Shown here piece after piece: positions 13,509 to 25,098 of a DNA stretch of 64,000 nt. The stretch spans positions 4,528,001 through 4,592,000 of the forward strand of contig CM075997.1 of the NCBI GenBank assembly GCA_038087875.1, given 5' to 3'. A program made the position numbers and the translations under genes. Below the pieces are notes generated by a model. That model saw only the letters and a program-made list of their open reading frames with translations. It had not been told where the DNA came from and made no database searches. The DNA comes from Malacoraja senta (lineage: Eukaryota). The stretch's first letter is position 1; every line of letters begins with the position of its first letter.

Positions 13509-13910
13509 CTATATAATTAAAAGTCTAAACTTGACCACTTCCTGTTTGCACTGTATATTGATTTTAGAAAAAACGCTACCACTTACAGCTGTGATTTTTG
13601 GCCACCTTACTCAGAGCCCCCCTCCAGCTGTCAGAGCCAAAGGATTTTTCCCATCGATGAAAAATAAAAGACTTATTAATATTTTTTAAATGTTGAGATT
13701 CTCTCTCCTGTCAATCACGCCATGAGGGCCACGCCCCTTCCGGTGGTAGGGGGAGGAGCTCTAAAACCCGGAAGTGGGCATGATGGGGGAGGGAGAGGGT
13801 CTCTGCAAGATGGAGGAGGGAGAGGGTCACGACTCTCAGTCTGAGCTGGAAATCTACAGAACACTGAGAATACCGACCTGTGAGTGCCCTTTATGTGTTT
13901 TTAAACTGTG
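13509..13910 (+). mobile_element. Probable non-autonomous Helitron 5' portion
   Basis: Starts a|TCTATATAATTAAAAGTC, resembling Helitron 5' termini; no 3' CTAG or hairpin found. Confidence 0.4.
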
Positions 13911-15167
13911 CCTTCCTTCCGAGACAGCTGGAGTAACTCAGCGGGTCAGGCAGTATCTCTGGAGGGCATGGATAGGTGACAATGTCCAACCTCTGGGCCA
14001 ACATCTTCAGACTGGTAAACCTCCTCTGCACCCTCTCCAAAGCCTCCACATCTTTCCTGCAATGGGGTGAGCAGAAATGCACGCAATATTCGTCTAACTA
14101 ATCCACAATGCGGCCTAACAAAAGTGCTATGAAGCAGGATCATAACTTCCTGACTCTGATGGTCAATGCCCTGACGAACGATGGCAAGCACACCGTTTAA
14201 GAATAAGGGGTAAGCCATTTAGAACAGAGAAAAGGAAAAACTTTTTCACACAGAGGGTTGTGAATCTGTGGAATTCTCTGCCTCAGAATGCAGTGGAGGC
14301 CAATTCATTGGATGCTTTCAAGAGAGAGTTGGATAGAGCTCTTAAAGATAGCAGAGTCAGGGATAATTGTGAGAAGGCAGGAACGGGGTACTGATTGGGG
14401 ATGATCAGCCATGATCACGGTGAATGGCGGTGCTAGCTCGAAGGGCTGAATGGCCTACTCCTGCACCTATTGTATGCCGCCTTTACCAATATCTCTACTA
14501 GTGTTGCCGCTTTCATGGAGTTATGAACTTTGACCCCAAGATCCCTCTTGACAGCGCGACTAGGGTGGAGGATGGGAGGAGAGAGAGGGAAAACTAGCAG
14601 GACAACTAGTTCGTATCAATATATCTATTCATTACCACTTCTTCCACGGCCAACAATGGACCATTGTGGGCTCCACCTTTCTTTGGTCATCGGTGGCGGC
14701 TCTGATATAGAAACATACAAACATAAAAAATAGGTGCAGGAGTAGGCCAGTCAGCCCTTCGGGCCAGCACCGCCATTTAATATGATCATGGCTGATCATC
14801 CAAGATCAGTACCCTGTTCTTGTTTTCTCCCCATATACCTTGATTCCGTTAGCCCTAAGAGATAAATCTAACTCTCTCTTGAAAACATCTAGTGAATTGT
14901 CCTCCACTGCCTTCTGTGGCAGAGAATTCCACAGATTCACAACTCTCTGGGTGATAAAGTTTTTCCTCATCTCAGTCCAAAATGGCCGACCCCTTATTCT
15001 TAAACTGTGACCCCTGGTTCTGGACTCCCCCAACATGGAGATTTGTTCTGAACCTCTAGTTTCTGACTAAAAACAAACTGAACCATTCGACATTTCCTTA
15101 ACATCATCTGCTTTGATCTGTCATTTTCACACCTTACCCGTCTATATCCCTAGACTCCCCTGACTCT

Positions 15168-15205
15168 CAGTCTGAAGAAGGGTCTCGACCCGAAACGTCA
15201 CCTAT
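15168..15205 (+). ncRNA. Minimal type I hammerhead ribozyme-like motif (representative copy; roughly 20 in the window)
   Basis: CUGAAGA-A-GGGU(CUCG)ACCC-GAAA-CGUC: hammerhead core boxes, closed helix II, palindromic ACGU in place of helix III; helix I weak. Confidence 0.6.
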
Positions 15206-15289
15206 TCCTTTTCTCCAGAGATGCTGCCTGACCCGCTGAATTATCCCAGCATCTTGTGTCCATCTAAACGGCCGTTGCATCTCTTGCGG

Positions 15290-15907
15290 TTGCAACGCTT
15301 GCGAGATGCAACACTTGTCCCTTCACCTCCCCCCTCGACTCCATTCAAGGACCCAAGCAGTCGTTCCAGGTGCGACAGAGGTTCACCTGCATCTCCTCCA
15401 ACCTCATCTATTGCATCCGCTGCTCTAGATGCCAGCTGATCTACATCGGTGAGACCAAGCGGAGGCTTGGCGATCGTTTCGCCGAACACCTCCGGTCGGT
15501 CCGCAATAACCAACCTGACCTCCCAGTGGCTCAGCACTTCAACTCCCCCTCCCATTCCGTATCTGACCTCTCTGTCCTGGGTCTCCTCCATGGCCACAGC
15601 GAGCAACACCGTAAATTGGAGGAAATGCACCTCATATTCCGCTTGGGCAGTCTACATCCTGGGGGCTTGAACATTGAGTTCTCCCAACTCTGCTAGCCCT
15701 TGCTGTCCCCTCCCCCTCATCAGCCCTCTGGTTGTCTCCTCCCCTCCCCCAGCCCTCAGGCTCCTCCTCCGCCTTTTTCCTTTTTTCCTTTCTTCTCCCC
15801 ACCCCCTATCAGTCTGAAGAAGGGTTTCGGCCCGAAACGTTGCCTATTTCCTTCGCTCCATAGATGCTGCTGCACCCGCTGAGTTTCTCCAGCATTTTTG
15901 TGTACCT
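15290..15907 (+). mobile_element. Penelope-like element 3' fragment with GIY-YIG endonuclease (ORF 15370..15696)
   Basis: FTCISSNLIYCIRCSRCQLIYIGETKRRLGDRFAEH is the PLE-type GIY-YIG with CxxC between the LIY and YIG motifs; followed by a 3' end with the hammerhead-like core. Confidence 0.92.
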
Positions 15908-16054
15908 GGCACTCTTGCCTTAATTGGTAGGTACAATGAGTGTCAGAGTTAGGAAGTTATGATGCAGCTTCGGAGGACTTTATATAGACACAAAATGCTG
16001 GAGTAACTCAGCGGGACAGGCAGCATCTCTGGAGAGAAGGAATGGGTGACGTTA

Positions 16055-16808
16055 TAGTAATATTTTATTATTAGCGAAGTATGTTTTGCAACATACGAGG
16101 AATTTCATTTGCCGTAGTCATACCAATAAAAAGCAACAGAACACACAAAACACATTTTAACATAAACATCCACCACAGTGACTCCTCCACATTCCTCACT
16201 GTGATGGAAGGCGTAAAAAAGTTCAATCTTTCCCTTCTTTGTCCTCCAGCGGTTGGGGACTTCCAACCTTCCGTTGACGGGACGATCTTAACTCCCGTAG
16301 CCGGCGGCAGCCCTTCCTCGTCGAGGCGATCAAGCTCCTGCATCGGGGGGGAATCTCAGCTTCCCTGCGCCAGGCGCTCTACCCCGGGTCGGGGCTAGTC
16401 GAACGTCGTGTGGCTTTTGGAGCTTCTCGACGTTGGTCTCTACCCGAGACTGCGAGCTCCTTGATGGTAAAGTCCGCAGGCTGCGGTTGGAGCGTCGATC
16501 CCAGGCAAGGGATCGCAGGCTCCGATGGTAAGTCCACGTCCCCGCGGTGGGGCTCAAAGTCAGTCCCGAGCAAGTCCTCCAGCTCCACGATGTTAGGCTG
16601 CAGAGCGACCGGAGATATGATCCGGAAAACAATCGCATCTCCAGCAAGGTAAGAGATTGAAAAGAAGGTTTCCCACGACCCCCTTCCCCACCTCCTACAT
16701 AAAACAAACCAGAGACACTTAACATACTTTTAAAACACACTAAAAATAACAAACAAAAGTCGAAAAGGACAGACCGACTGTAGGCGAGGCTGCCACCGCA
16801 GCGCCACC
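16055..16808 (-). mobile_element. Non-autonomous LINE-derived element (GC-rich 5' UTR-like part plus 3' end) inserted in a Penelope end
   Basis: Splits gggtgacgtt|...|cggtcgagacccttcttcagac; its 3' end caaatgaaattcctcgtatgttgcaaaacatac recurs at ~45785. Confidence 0.55.
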
Positions 16809-17019
16809 CGGTCGAGACCCTTCTTCAGACCCCCACGGACCTCCACCAGCGACTCCGCCGACCTTCGCCCCTCCACTGCCCACCAGCGGGCCAGAGCCGT
16901 CGCCTCACCTGAGTTCCAGGCTCAGAGCAGTCGCAAAAATTGATTTTTTATCTCTAATGAGAAGTAGCATTTTGTTTCCACACAGAACAATCGCTCTTTA
17001 GAGCTATTGATTCTGCATT

Positions 17020-17603
17020 ATAGACAATAGACAATAGACAGTAGGTGCAGGAGTAGGCCATTTGGCCCTTCGAGCCAGCACTGCCATTCAATGTGATCAT
17101 GGCTGATCATCCCCAATCAGTACCCCGTTCCTGCCTTCTCCCCATATCCCCTGACTCCCCTAATTTAAAAAAAAAAAATTAAATAATATTTGTATTAGAG
17201 GCAGGTACATATCATATTGAAAACATTTCATCTATATCATTCCTACATTATTAATATTATCGATTGATATTAACTCTGCTTCTAGTATATTTTAATTTTT
17301 TTTATATAGGTAGAAAATAAGAGAATAAAAGAAAGAAGGGAAGAAAAACATGATAAAGAAGAATGAAATTACTAAAAGTACAACATTGGAGATAAATTCA
17401 TAAATTTTAAAATATAACTTTTCATCTAATCCTTAATTCGAGTTTCAGTCAGGTTCTCGTGCCGAACCAGTCTGTCCCTTCAAATAGTCAATAAATGGAG
17501 ACCATGTTCTGATAAAAAGTTCTTGTTTGTCCATTAAGACAAGTCTGATTCTTTGACTCCGCTAATTTTCAAGAGCCCTATCTAGCTCTCTCTTGAAAGC
17601 ATC
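17020..17603 (-). mobile_element. Short CR1 3' end containing an L1 insertion
   Basis: (CTATTGT)n tail at 17020; CR1 sequence resumes at 17554. Confidence 0.85.
17167..17553 (-). mobile_element. L1-clade LINE 3' fragment with 15-bp TSD
   Basis: Minus strand encodes RIRLVLMDKQELFIRTWSPFIDYLKG (fish L1-type ORF2 end) plus AT-rich 3' UTR; flanked by tgactcc(c/g)ctaattt at 17152 and 17554. Confidence 0.78.
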
Positions 17604-17904
17604 GAGGTGCAGAATCTTTCAATTGTCCCCTGACTGGTCCCTTCTCATCCGCGGTCACTCCAACACCGCGTGGTTTCGACTCTCCTGAAAAAAAAATCGC
17701 TACCACACCTCCGGTTTGGACTTTTGTTAGGCCGAACTTGGAGCATTTCTGATCGTCCCCAATACGTCGAGAGACAGGAAAGGGAAGGCCGGAATGCAGA
17801 GTAGAAAGCTTAGTGGGCTGTCGGGCAGGAGAGAGTTACAGAGATGCTGAGGGATATGGTACGCAAGGAATCGATCGATCGGGTCCTGTGCAGTCAATCA
17901 GGTC

Positions 17905-18650
17905 AGATTAGTTTATTGTTACCTGTACCAAGGTCCAGTGAAAAGATTTTTGTTGTGTGCTATCCAGCCAGCTGAAAGACAATACATGACTACAATCGAG
18001 CCATTTATGGTGTACATAAAGGCATATTGTTTAATGCATTGTAAAGCCAGTAAAGTCCTATCAAAGAATGTCCAAGGGTCCCCGATGAGGTAGATAGTAG
18101 TTCAGGACTGCTCTCTGGTTGTGGTAGGATGGTTCAGTTGCCTGATAACAGCGGGGAAGAAACTGTCCCTGAATCTGGAGGTGTGCGTTTTCACACTTCT
18201 GTACCTCTTGTCCGATGGGAGAGGGGAGAAGAGGGAGTGGCCGGGGTGCGACTCGTCCTTGATTATGCTGATGGCCTGGCCGAGGCAGTGTGAGGTGTTA
18301 CTTACTTACTTACTGCCTATTCTGCCTCCTGGCATGTAGGGCAGCAATGAAGGTCCTCCACTCAGTAGTGTTGATTCCTTCACTTGCTGTTTCTGTAACA
18401 TATTTGTTTTACGAGACAGGGTTGTTAGCCCTGTGCTCAACCTCCAACCTGGAGGACCAGTGGATCGCTCTTCGTCTCGCCTCTACCCATCGACCTGTCC
18501 AGCATGGGAGACCCTAACAGGAGACGAACCTCCCGCTGGCATAGCTCTAGGGGTCACTGAGACACACAAGCTCCCCGACCACGACAAGGTTGCAATCCAA
18601 CGGGGAGAACGTGAGGTGTAGATGGAGCCAATGGAAGGGAGGTTGGTTTG
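17905..18650 (-). mobile_element. Rex/Babar-type LINE 3' fragment, split by an RTE derivative
   Basis: Minus strand IIKDESHPGHSLFSPLPSDKRYRSVKTHTSRFRDSFFPAVIRQLN; near-identical copy at 36885-37300. Confidence 0.75.
18299..18610 (-). mobile_element. Internally deleted RTE (Expander/BovB-like) element: 5' UTR joined to 3' end
   Basis: 5' motif ACCTTGTCGTGGTCGGGGAGCTTG, 3' end WRTFIAALHA plus (GTAA)n tail, TSD GTGAGGTGT at 18290 and 18611. Confidence 0.78.
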
Positions 18651-18714
18651 TGCACTGAGTTAGAATAAGGTGCCCCTCAGTCACACAGAAGAAGAGGTTC
18701 CAGATAGCGGGTGG

Positions 18715-18978
18715 TCTCGGTGCTACAGCGGTAGAGTTGCTGCCTTACAGCACTTGCAGCGTCGGAGACCCGGGCTCGACCCGACTACGGGTGGGTTTTC
18801 TCCGAGATCTTCTGTTTCCTCCCACACTCCAAAGACGTACAGGTATGTGGGTTAATTTCCTTGGTATGAATGTAAAATTGTCCCTAGTGTGTGTAGGATA
18901 GTGTTATGTGTGGGGATCGCTGGTGGGCCGAAGGGCCTGTTTCCGCGCTGTATCTCTAAACTAAACTAAACTGAACTG
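18715..18978 (+). mobile_element. HE1-like V-SINE with internal deletion
   Basis: Head joined directly to the second half of the V-domain (actacgggt|gggttttc). Confidence 0.85.
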
Positions 18979-19509
18979 ATGGGGCCTCATTATTATCTTT
19001 AAGGAGAAAGAGAAATCACAAAAATCTATTTTTATCGCTAATGAGAAGTAGCATTTTTGTTTCCACACAGAACAATCGCTCTTTAGAGCTATTGATTCTG
19101 TATTGAGGTGCAGAAACTTTTAATTATTCCCTGACTGGTTCCTTCTCATCATCAGTTACTTCAATCCATATCCAGCTGCTTGCGTGAGCTGAGCTGAACC
19201 TGAGGGTTGTGTTCAAGTGTTTGAATATATGATTCCATTGATTTGAATGGAAAAGCCTGCCTACCTTGTGTTATTATCTACGCCTAACCTGGATATTCTC
19301 CCCTTGACAAGAATAAAATCACCAGCACTGAATTCCCTTTCCATTCTCCTGACGACAAACTACAGCTGTGGAGGACGTACATGCTCCATACAGACAGCAC
19401 CCGTAGTCGGGATCGAACCCGGGTCTCTGGCGCTGTAAGGCTGCGACTCTACCGCTGGGCCACCATGAGGCCCCATGCTCCTGACCCCCCCCAGACTACA
19501 GCCCAGGTT

Positions 19510-19960
19510 TATGGGTGTTAATACCATCTGAAGAATGGAGCAGCAGGGCTTGTATACTCTGGAGTTTAGAAGAATGGGAGGGCATCTCATTGAAACATAT
19601 AAGATTATTAAGGGTTTGGACACGCTAGAGGCAGGAAACATGTTCCTGATGTTGGGGGAGTCCAGAACCAGGGGCCACAGTTTAAGAATAAGGGGTAATC
19701 CATTTGGAACGGAGATGAGGAAACACTTTTTCTCACAGAGAGTTGTGAGTCTGTGGAATTCTCTGCCTCTGTGGAGGCAGGTTCTCTGGATGCTTTCAAG
19801 AGAGAGCTAGACAGGGCTCTTTAAAATAGCGGAGTCAGGGTAATATGGGGAGAAGGCAGGAACGGGGTACTGATTGGGGATGATCAGCCATGATCACATT
19901 GAATGGCGGTGCTGGCTCGAGGGGCCAAATGGCCTACTCCTGCACCTATTGTCTATTGTC
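19510..19960 (+). mobile_element. CR1 3' fragment, (CTATTGT)n subfamily
   Basis: ORF 19535..19810. Confidence 0.9.
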
Positions 19961-20034
19961 TAAGAAGGGTCGCGACCCGAAAACGTTGCCTGTCCATTTT
20001 CTCCAGAGATGTTGCCTGAGCCGTTGAGTTTTAT

Positions 20035-20313
20035 TACAGTGCGGAAACAGGCCCTTCGGCCCACCGTGTCCGCACCGACCAGCTCATTAACACTATCTGA
20101 CACATACTGGGGACAATTTACATTTGTACCGAGCCAATTAACCTACAAACCTGTACGTCTTTCAAGTGTGGGAGGAAATTGTAGATCCTGGGGAAAAAAC
20201 CCACACATGTCACGGGGAGAACGTACAAACTCCGCACAGACAGCACCCGTAGTTGGAATTGAACCCGGGTCTTTGGCGCTGTGAGGCAGCAACTCTACCG
20301 CTGCACCACCGTG
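20035..20313 (-). mobile_element. HE1-like V-SINE
   Basis: Reverse complement of the SINE consensus. Confidence 0.88.
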
Positions 20314-21589
20314 TCACCAGTTCCTCTAGCATTTTGTGCCTCTAATTGGTATAAAGATGTCTCCATTAATGGGAGAGTCCAGGACCAGAGGCCACAGCCT
20401 CAGAATAAAAGGAGATGAGAAGGAATTTATTTAGCTAGAGGGTGGTGAATCTGTGGAATTCATTGCCACAGACGGCTGTGGAGGCCAAGTCAATGGATAT
20501 TTTTAAGGCGGAGATTGACATATTCGGGTGTCAGGGGTTATGGGGAGAAGGCAGGAGAACGGGGTTGAGAGGGAAAGAATGATCAGCCATGATAGAATGG
20601 CGGAGTAGACTTGATGGGCTGAATGGCCTAATTCTGCTCCTGTAACGTTTGAACTTAAACTGGCATCTGCAGTTCCGTCCCACACATTACATCTGCTTCA
20701 CCGCGAAAGCTCCTCAAGGTGTGTCTACTTTGAAGAAGATAGACACAAAATGCTGGAGTAACTCAGGGGGAACATGCAGCATCTCTGGAGAGAAGGGATG
20801 GGTGACGATTCGGGTCCCAACCCGACTCTCAGTCTTGGGAAGGGTCTCGACCCAAAACGTCACCCATTCGTTCTCTCCAGAGATGCTGCCTGTCCCGCTG
20901 AGTTACTCCAACATTTTGTGTCTATCTACGGTTCAAAGCAGCAGTTCCTTCCTCTACTTTGAAGAAGTTCTGCTCTTCTCTCCAGCGGGAGTTCTGCAAC
21001 TCCCTCTCTTGTTGCTCCCCCTCTCAGTGATTCCTCCTGCTCTCCAGTTCTACGACCCCGTTTTACCACGTCCTCGCCACCGCAGCCACGTGGGTTTTCA
21101 CGGTGCTTGTCCGCGCCTCCATCTTGTGCCTCCGGGCTTTCAAGTCCGGGTTCAGGACCTCCCAGTCCGGACCCAACCCGGATTACACGAGCAACGAGTC
21201 TGAAGAAGGGTTCCGACCCTTCGCAGGCGGTGAATCTGTGGAATTCTTTGCCACCATATATCCATATAACCATATAACCATAACAGCACGGAAACAGGCC
21301 ATCTCGGCCCTTCAAGTCCGTGCCGAACATTAAATTTTTTATTTTTTTTTATTTTTTTTTAAATATTTTTTTTTAAATTAAAAATAAAATACTTCCCCCT
21401 AGTCCCATCTACCTGCACTCAGACCATAACCCTCCATTCCTTTCCCGTCCATATACCCATCCAATCTATTTTTAAAGGCACATAAGACTGTGGAGGCCAA
21501 GTCAGTGGATATTTTTAAGGGAGAGATAGATAGATTCTTGATTAGTACGGGCGTCAGGGTTATGGGGAGAAGGCAGGAGAATGGGGTTA

Positions 21590-21816
21590 AGGGCCCGTCC
21601 CACTTCCACGACCTAATTCACGACCTCTGCCGAGTTTGCCCTTGACTCATACTCGCAGCATGGTCGTCACGAGGTCGTAGGTAGGTCGTAGGTAGGCCGT
21701 GATGCTAGTCGTAGGTACTCGTGGCATCAAGTAGGTCGGGCGTTTTTCTAGCCTGATGAAAAATGTCCACGAATAAATAAGGTCGTGAATTAGGTCGTGA
21801 AAGTGGGACAGGCCCT
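21590..21816. mobile_element. PIF/Harbinger-like MITE, internal type B
   Basis: TIR agggcccgtcccactt..cacgacctaattcacgacc; inserted at the TTA of the CR1 3' UTR ggggTTAggaggg. Confidence 0.85.
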
Positions 21817-22384
21817 TTTAGGAGGGAGAGATAGATCAGCCATGATTGAATGGCAGAATAGACTTGATGGGCCGAATGGCCTAATTCTACTCCTATTCCT
21901 GATGACCTTATGACCCGAAACATCACCTATTCCTTTTCTCCAGAGATGCTGCCTGTCCCGCTGAGTTACCCCAGCTCTTTGAGTCCATCTTCCTCCACAG
22001 ATGCTGCCTGACGTACTGAGTCACTTCAATTTTTAAGTAAAGCATAAAATTGCTGGGGTAACTCAGCGGGTCATTTTTTACTTTTGTTTAGTTTAGTTTC
22101 GTTGAAGTGCCTCTAAGTTTGAAGACCATGCGTTCAAGTCTCAACGGAATTTGTATACAATAACTTTTGCTATTGGCGGGTGTATGGAACAAGCTGCCAG
22201 AGGAGGTAGTTGAGGCAGGGACTATCCCAACTAAGAAACAGTTGGACAGGTACATGAATAGGTCAGGTTTGGAGTGATATGGATCTAGCGCAGGCAGGTG
22301 GGACTAGTGTGGGACATGTTGGGCGGTGTGGGCAAGGTGGGCCGAAGGGCCTGTTTCCATGCTGTATCACTCTATGACTGTTGG

Positions 22385-23898
22385 ACTCTGGTTTGGAGCG
22401 ATCCCACTATTTCCAATGTTCTATAGATTCAGGATCAGTTCCTGGTAGCTAACGTTATCCCACTTTTCAAGAATGGACCAAGAGAGAAAACGGGGAATTA
22501 TAGACCAGTTAGGCTGACATCGGTAGTGGGGAAGATGCTGGATCCAATTATCAAAGAAGTAATAATGGCGCATTTGGATAGCTGTAAAATGATTGATCCA
22601 AGTCAGCATGGATTTATGAAGGGGAAATCCTGCTTGACTAATCTTCTGGAATTTTTTGCGGATGTGACAAGTAAAATGGATGAAGGAGAGCCAGTGGATG
22701 TAGTGTATCTGGACTTTCAGAAAGACTTTGATAAGGTCCCACACAGGAGATTAGTGGGCAAAATTAGAGCACATGGTATTGGGGGTAGGGTACTGACATG
22801 GATAGAAAATTGGTTGGCAGACAGGAAACAAAGGGTAGGAATAAATGGGTCCTTGTCAGAATGGCAGGCAATGGCGAGTGGAGTGCCGCAAGGCTCAGTG
22901 CTGAGACCGGAACTATTTACAATATATATTAATGATTTAGACGATGGGATTAAAAGTAACACTCGCAAATTTGCAGATGACACAAAGCTGGGTGGCAGCG
23001 TGAACTGCGAAGAGGATGCTAGGAGGTTGCAGGGTGACTTGGACAAGTTGAGTGAGTGGGCAGATACATGGCAGATGCAGTTTAATGTAGATAAATGTGA
23101 AGTTATCCACTTTGGCAGCACGAACAAGGAGGCAGATTATTATCTCAATGGTGTCAGATTATGAAAAAGGGAAGTGCAACGAGACCTGGGTGTCCTTGTA
23201 CACCAGTCATTGAAAGTAAACATGCAGGTACAGCAGGCAGTGAAGAAAGCTAATGGCATGTTGGCCTTCATAACGAGAGGATTTGAGTATAGGAATAAAG
23301 AGGTCCTTCTGCAGTTGTACAGGGCCCTGGTGAGACCACATCGAGAGTATTGTGTGCAGTTTTGGTCCCCTAATTTGAGGAAGGACATCCTTGTGATTGA
23401 GGCATTACAGCGTAGGTTCATGAGGTTAATCCCCGGGATGGCGGGACTGTCATATGAGGAAAGATTGGAAAGACTGGGCTTGTATTCACTGGAATTTAGA
23501 AGGATGAGAGGGCATCTTATAGAAACGTATACAATTATAAAAGGACTGTACAAGCTAGATGCAGGGAAATGTTCCCAATGTTGGGTGAGTCCAGAACCAG
23601 GGGCCACAGTCTTAGAATAAAAGGGAGGCCATTTAAAACTGAGATGAGAAAAAACTTTTTCACCCAGAGTTGTGAATTTGTGGAATTCTCTGCCACAGAG
23701 GGCAGTGGAGGCCAATTCACTGGATGAATTTAAAAGAGAGTTAGATAGAGCTCTAGGGGTTAGTGGAATCAAGGGATATGGGGAGAAGGCAGGCACGGGT
23801 TACTGATTGTGGACGATCAGCCATGATCACAATAAATGGCGGTGCTGGCTCGAAGGGCCAAATGGCCTCCTCCTGCACCTATATTCTATGTTTCTATA
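22385..23898 (+). mobile_element. CR1-clade LINE, 5'-truncated, decayed RT domain
   Basis: ORFs 22526..23164 (QHGF, YLDFQK, GVPQGS, KFADD) and 23174..23620, separated by a stop codon; later frameshift; (CTATGTTT)n tail. Confidence 0.95.
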
Positions 23899-24307
23899 TT
23901 TCAATTGCAGGATAAATTGCGGCCAAAATATATCTTTTTAAATGGGTTCAAAAGATTCTCTGCATTATCCCCTGTGACTGAGAATGCGTCAATCCATATC
24001 ATTAATACTTTAAAGCTCACTTCATTGGCCATAAAATATTTTGAGCAGCCAAACGGTATAAACTCCAGGTGTTTTCAGTGAATCAAGTGCTTAACTTGCC
24101 CTGAGAATCAATCATGACCCTTAGGCGAATCTGTCAACCACATCACATAGGCTTCTGACGGCTCACACACCACAGACCATCCTGGTATTGAAGATGTCTT
24201 TCTCAGAGGTAGCCAGGGCTTCTCCAGATTGTTGACTCCGCGCTTTTCCGACCTGAAGTGAAATCCATACAGCATTTATCCCGGACTTCTTATCAGAAAC
24301 CACACAG

Positions 24308-24568
24308 AGCACGGCGTCGCAGCGTTAGAGTTGCTGCCTCACAGCGCCAGAGACCCGGGTTCGATCACGACTACGGGTGCTGTCTGTACGGAGTTGCACC
24401 TTCTCCCCGTGACCTGCGTGGGTTTTCTAAGAGATGTTTGGTTTCCTCCCACACTCCAAAGACGTACAGGTTTGTAGGTTAATTGGCTTGGTGTAAATGT
24501 GAAATTGTCCCCAGTGTGTGTTGGGTAGAGTTAGTGTGTGTGGCCTGTTTCCACGCTGTGTCTCTAAA
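24308..24568 (+). mobile_element. HE1-like V-SINE
   Basis: Head, V-domain, shortened tail. Confidence 0.87.
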
Positions 24569-24861
24569 AACTCTAATCACTCTGACTGGTTGCATTCGGC
24601 CAGTCGAACGCCCAGGAACAATAGACAATAGACAATAGGTGCAGGAGTAGGCCATTTGACCCTTTGAGCCAGCACCGCCATTCAATGTGATCATGGCTGA
24701 TCATCCCCAATCAGTACCACATTCCTGCCTCCTCCCATATCCCTGACTCCGCTATTTTTAAGAGCCCTATCTATCTCTCTCTCGAAAGCATCCAGAGAGA
24801 GCTAAATAGGGCTCTTAAAAATAGCGGAGTCGGGGGATATGGGGAGGAGGCAGGAATGAAG

Positions 24862-25098
24862 GAGACTACAAACATGGTGGACACTGCCCGGTCCATCACG
24901 GGTACTGACCTCCCCACCATCGAGAGGATCTATGGTAGGCGCTGCCTTTAAAATGCTGCCGGCATCATTAAAGACCCACGCAAATCTCGCCACCCTCTTT
25001 CACTCCTACCATCGGGAAGAAGGTACAAGAGTCTGCAAACCGTGATCACCAGGTTCAAAAACAGATTCTTTCCTGCAACCATCAGGCTCTTGAACACT
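24862..25098 (+). mobile_element. Rex/Babar-type ORF C-terminal fragment
   Basis: VDTARSITGTDLPTIERIYGRRCL..AAGIIKDP...LLPSGRRYKSLQTVITRFKNRFFPATIRLLN. Confidence 0.75.
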
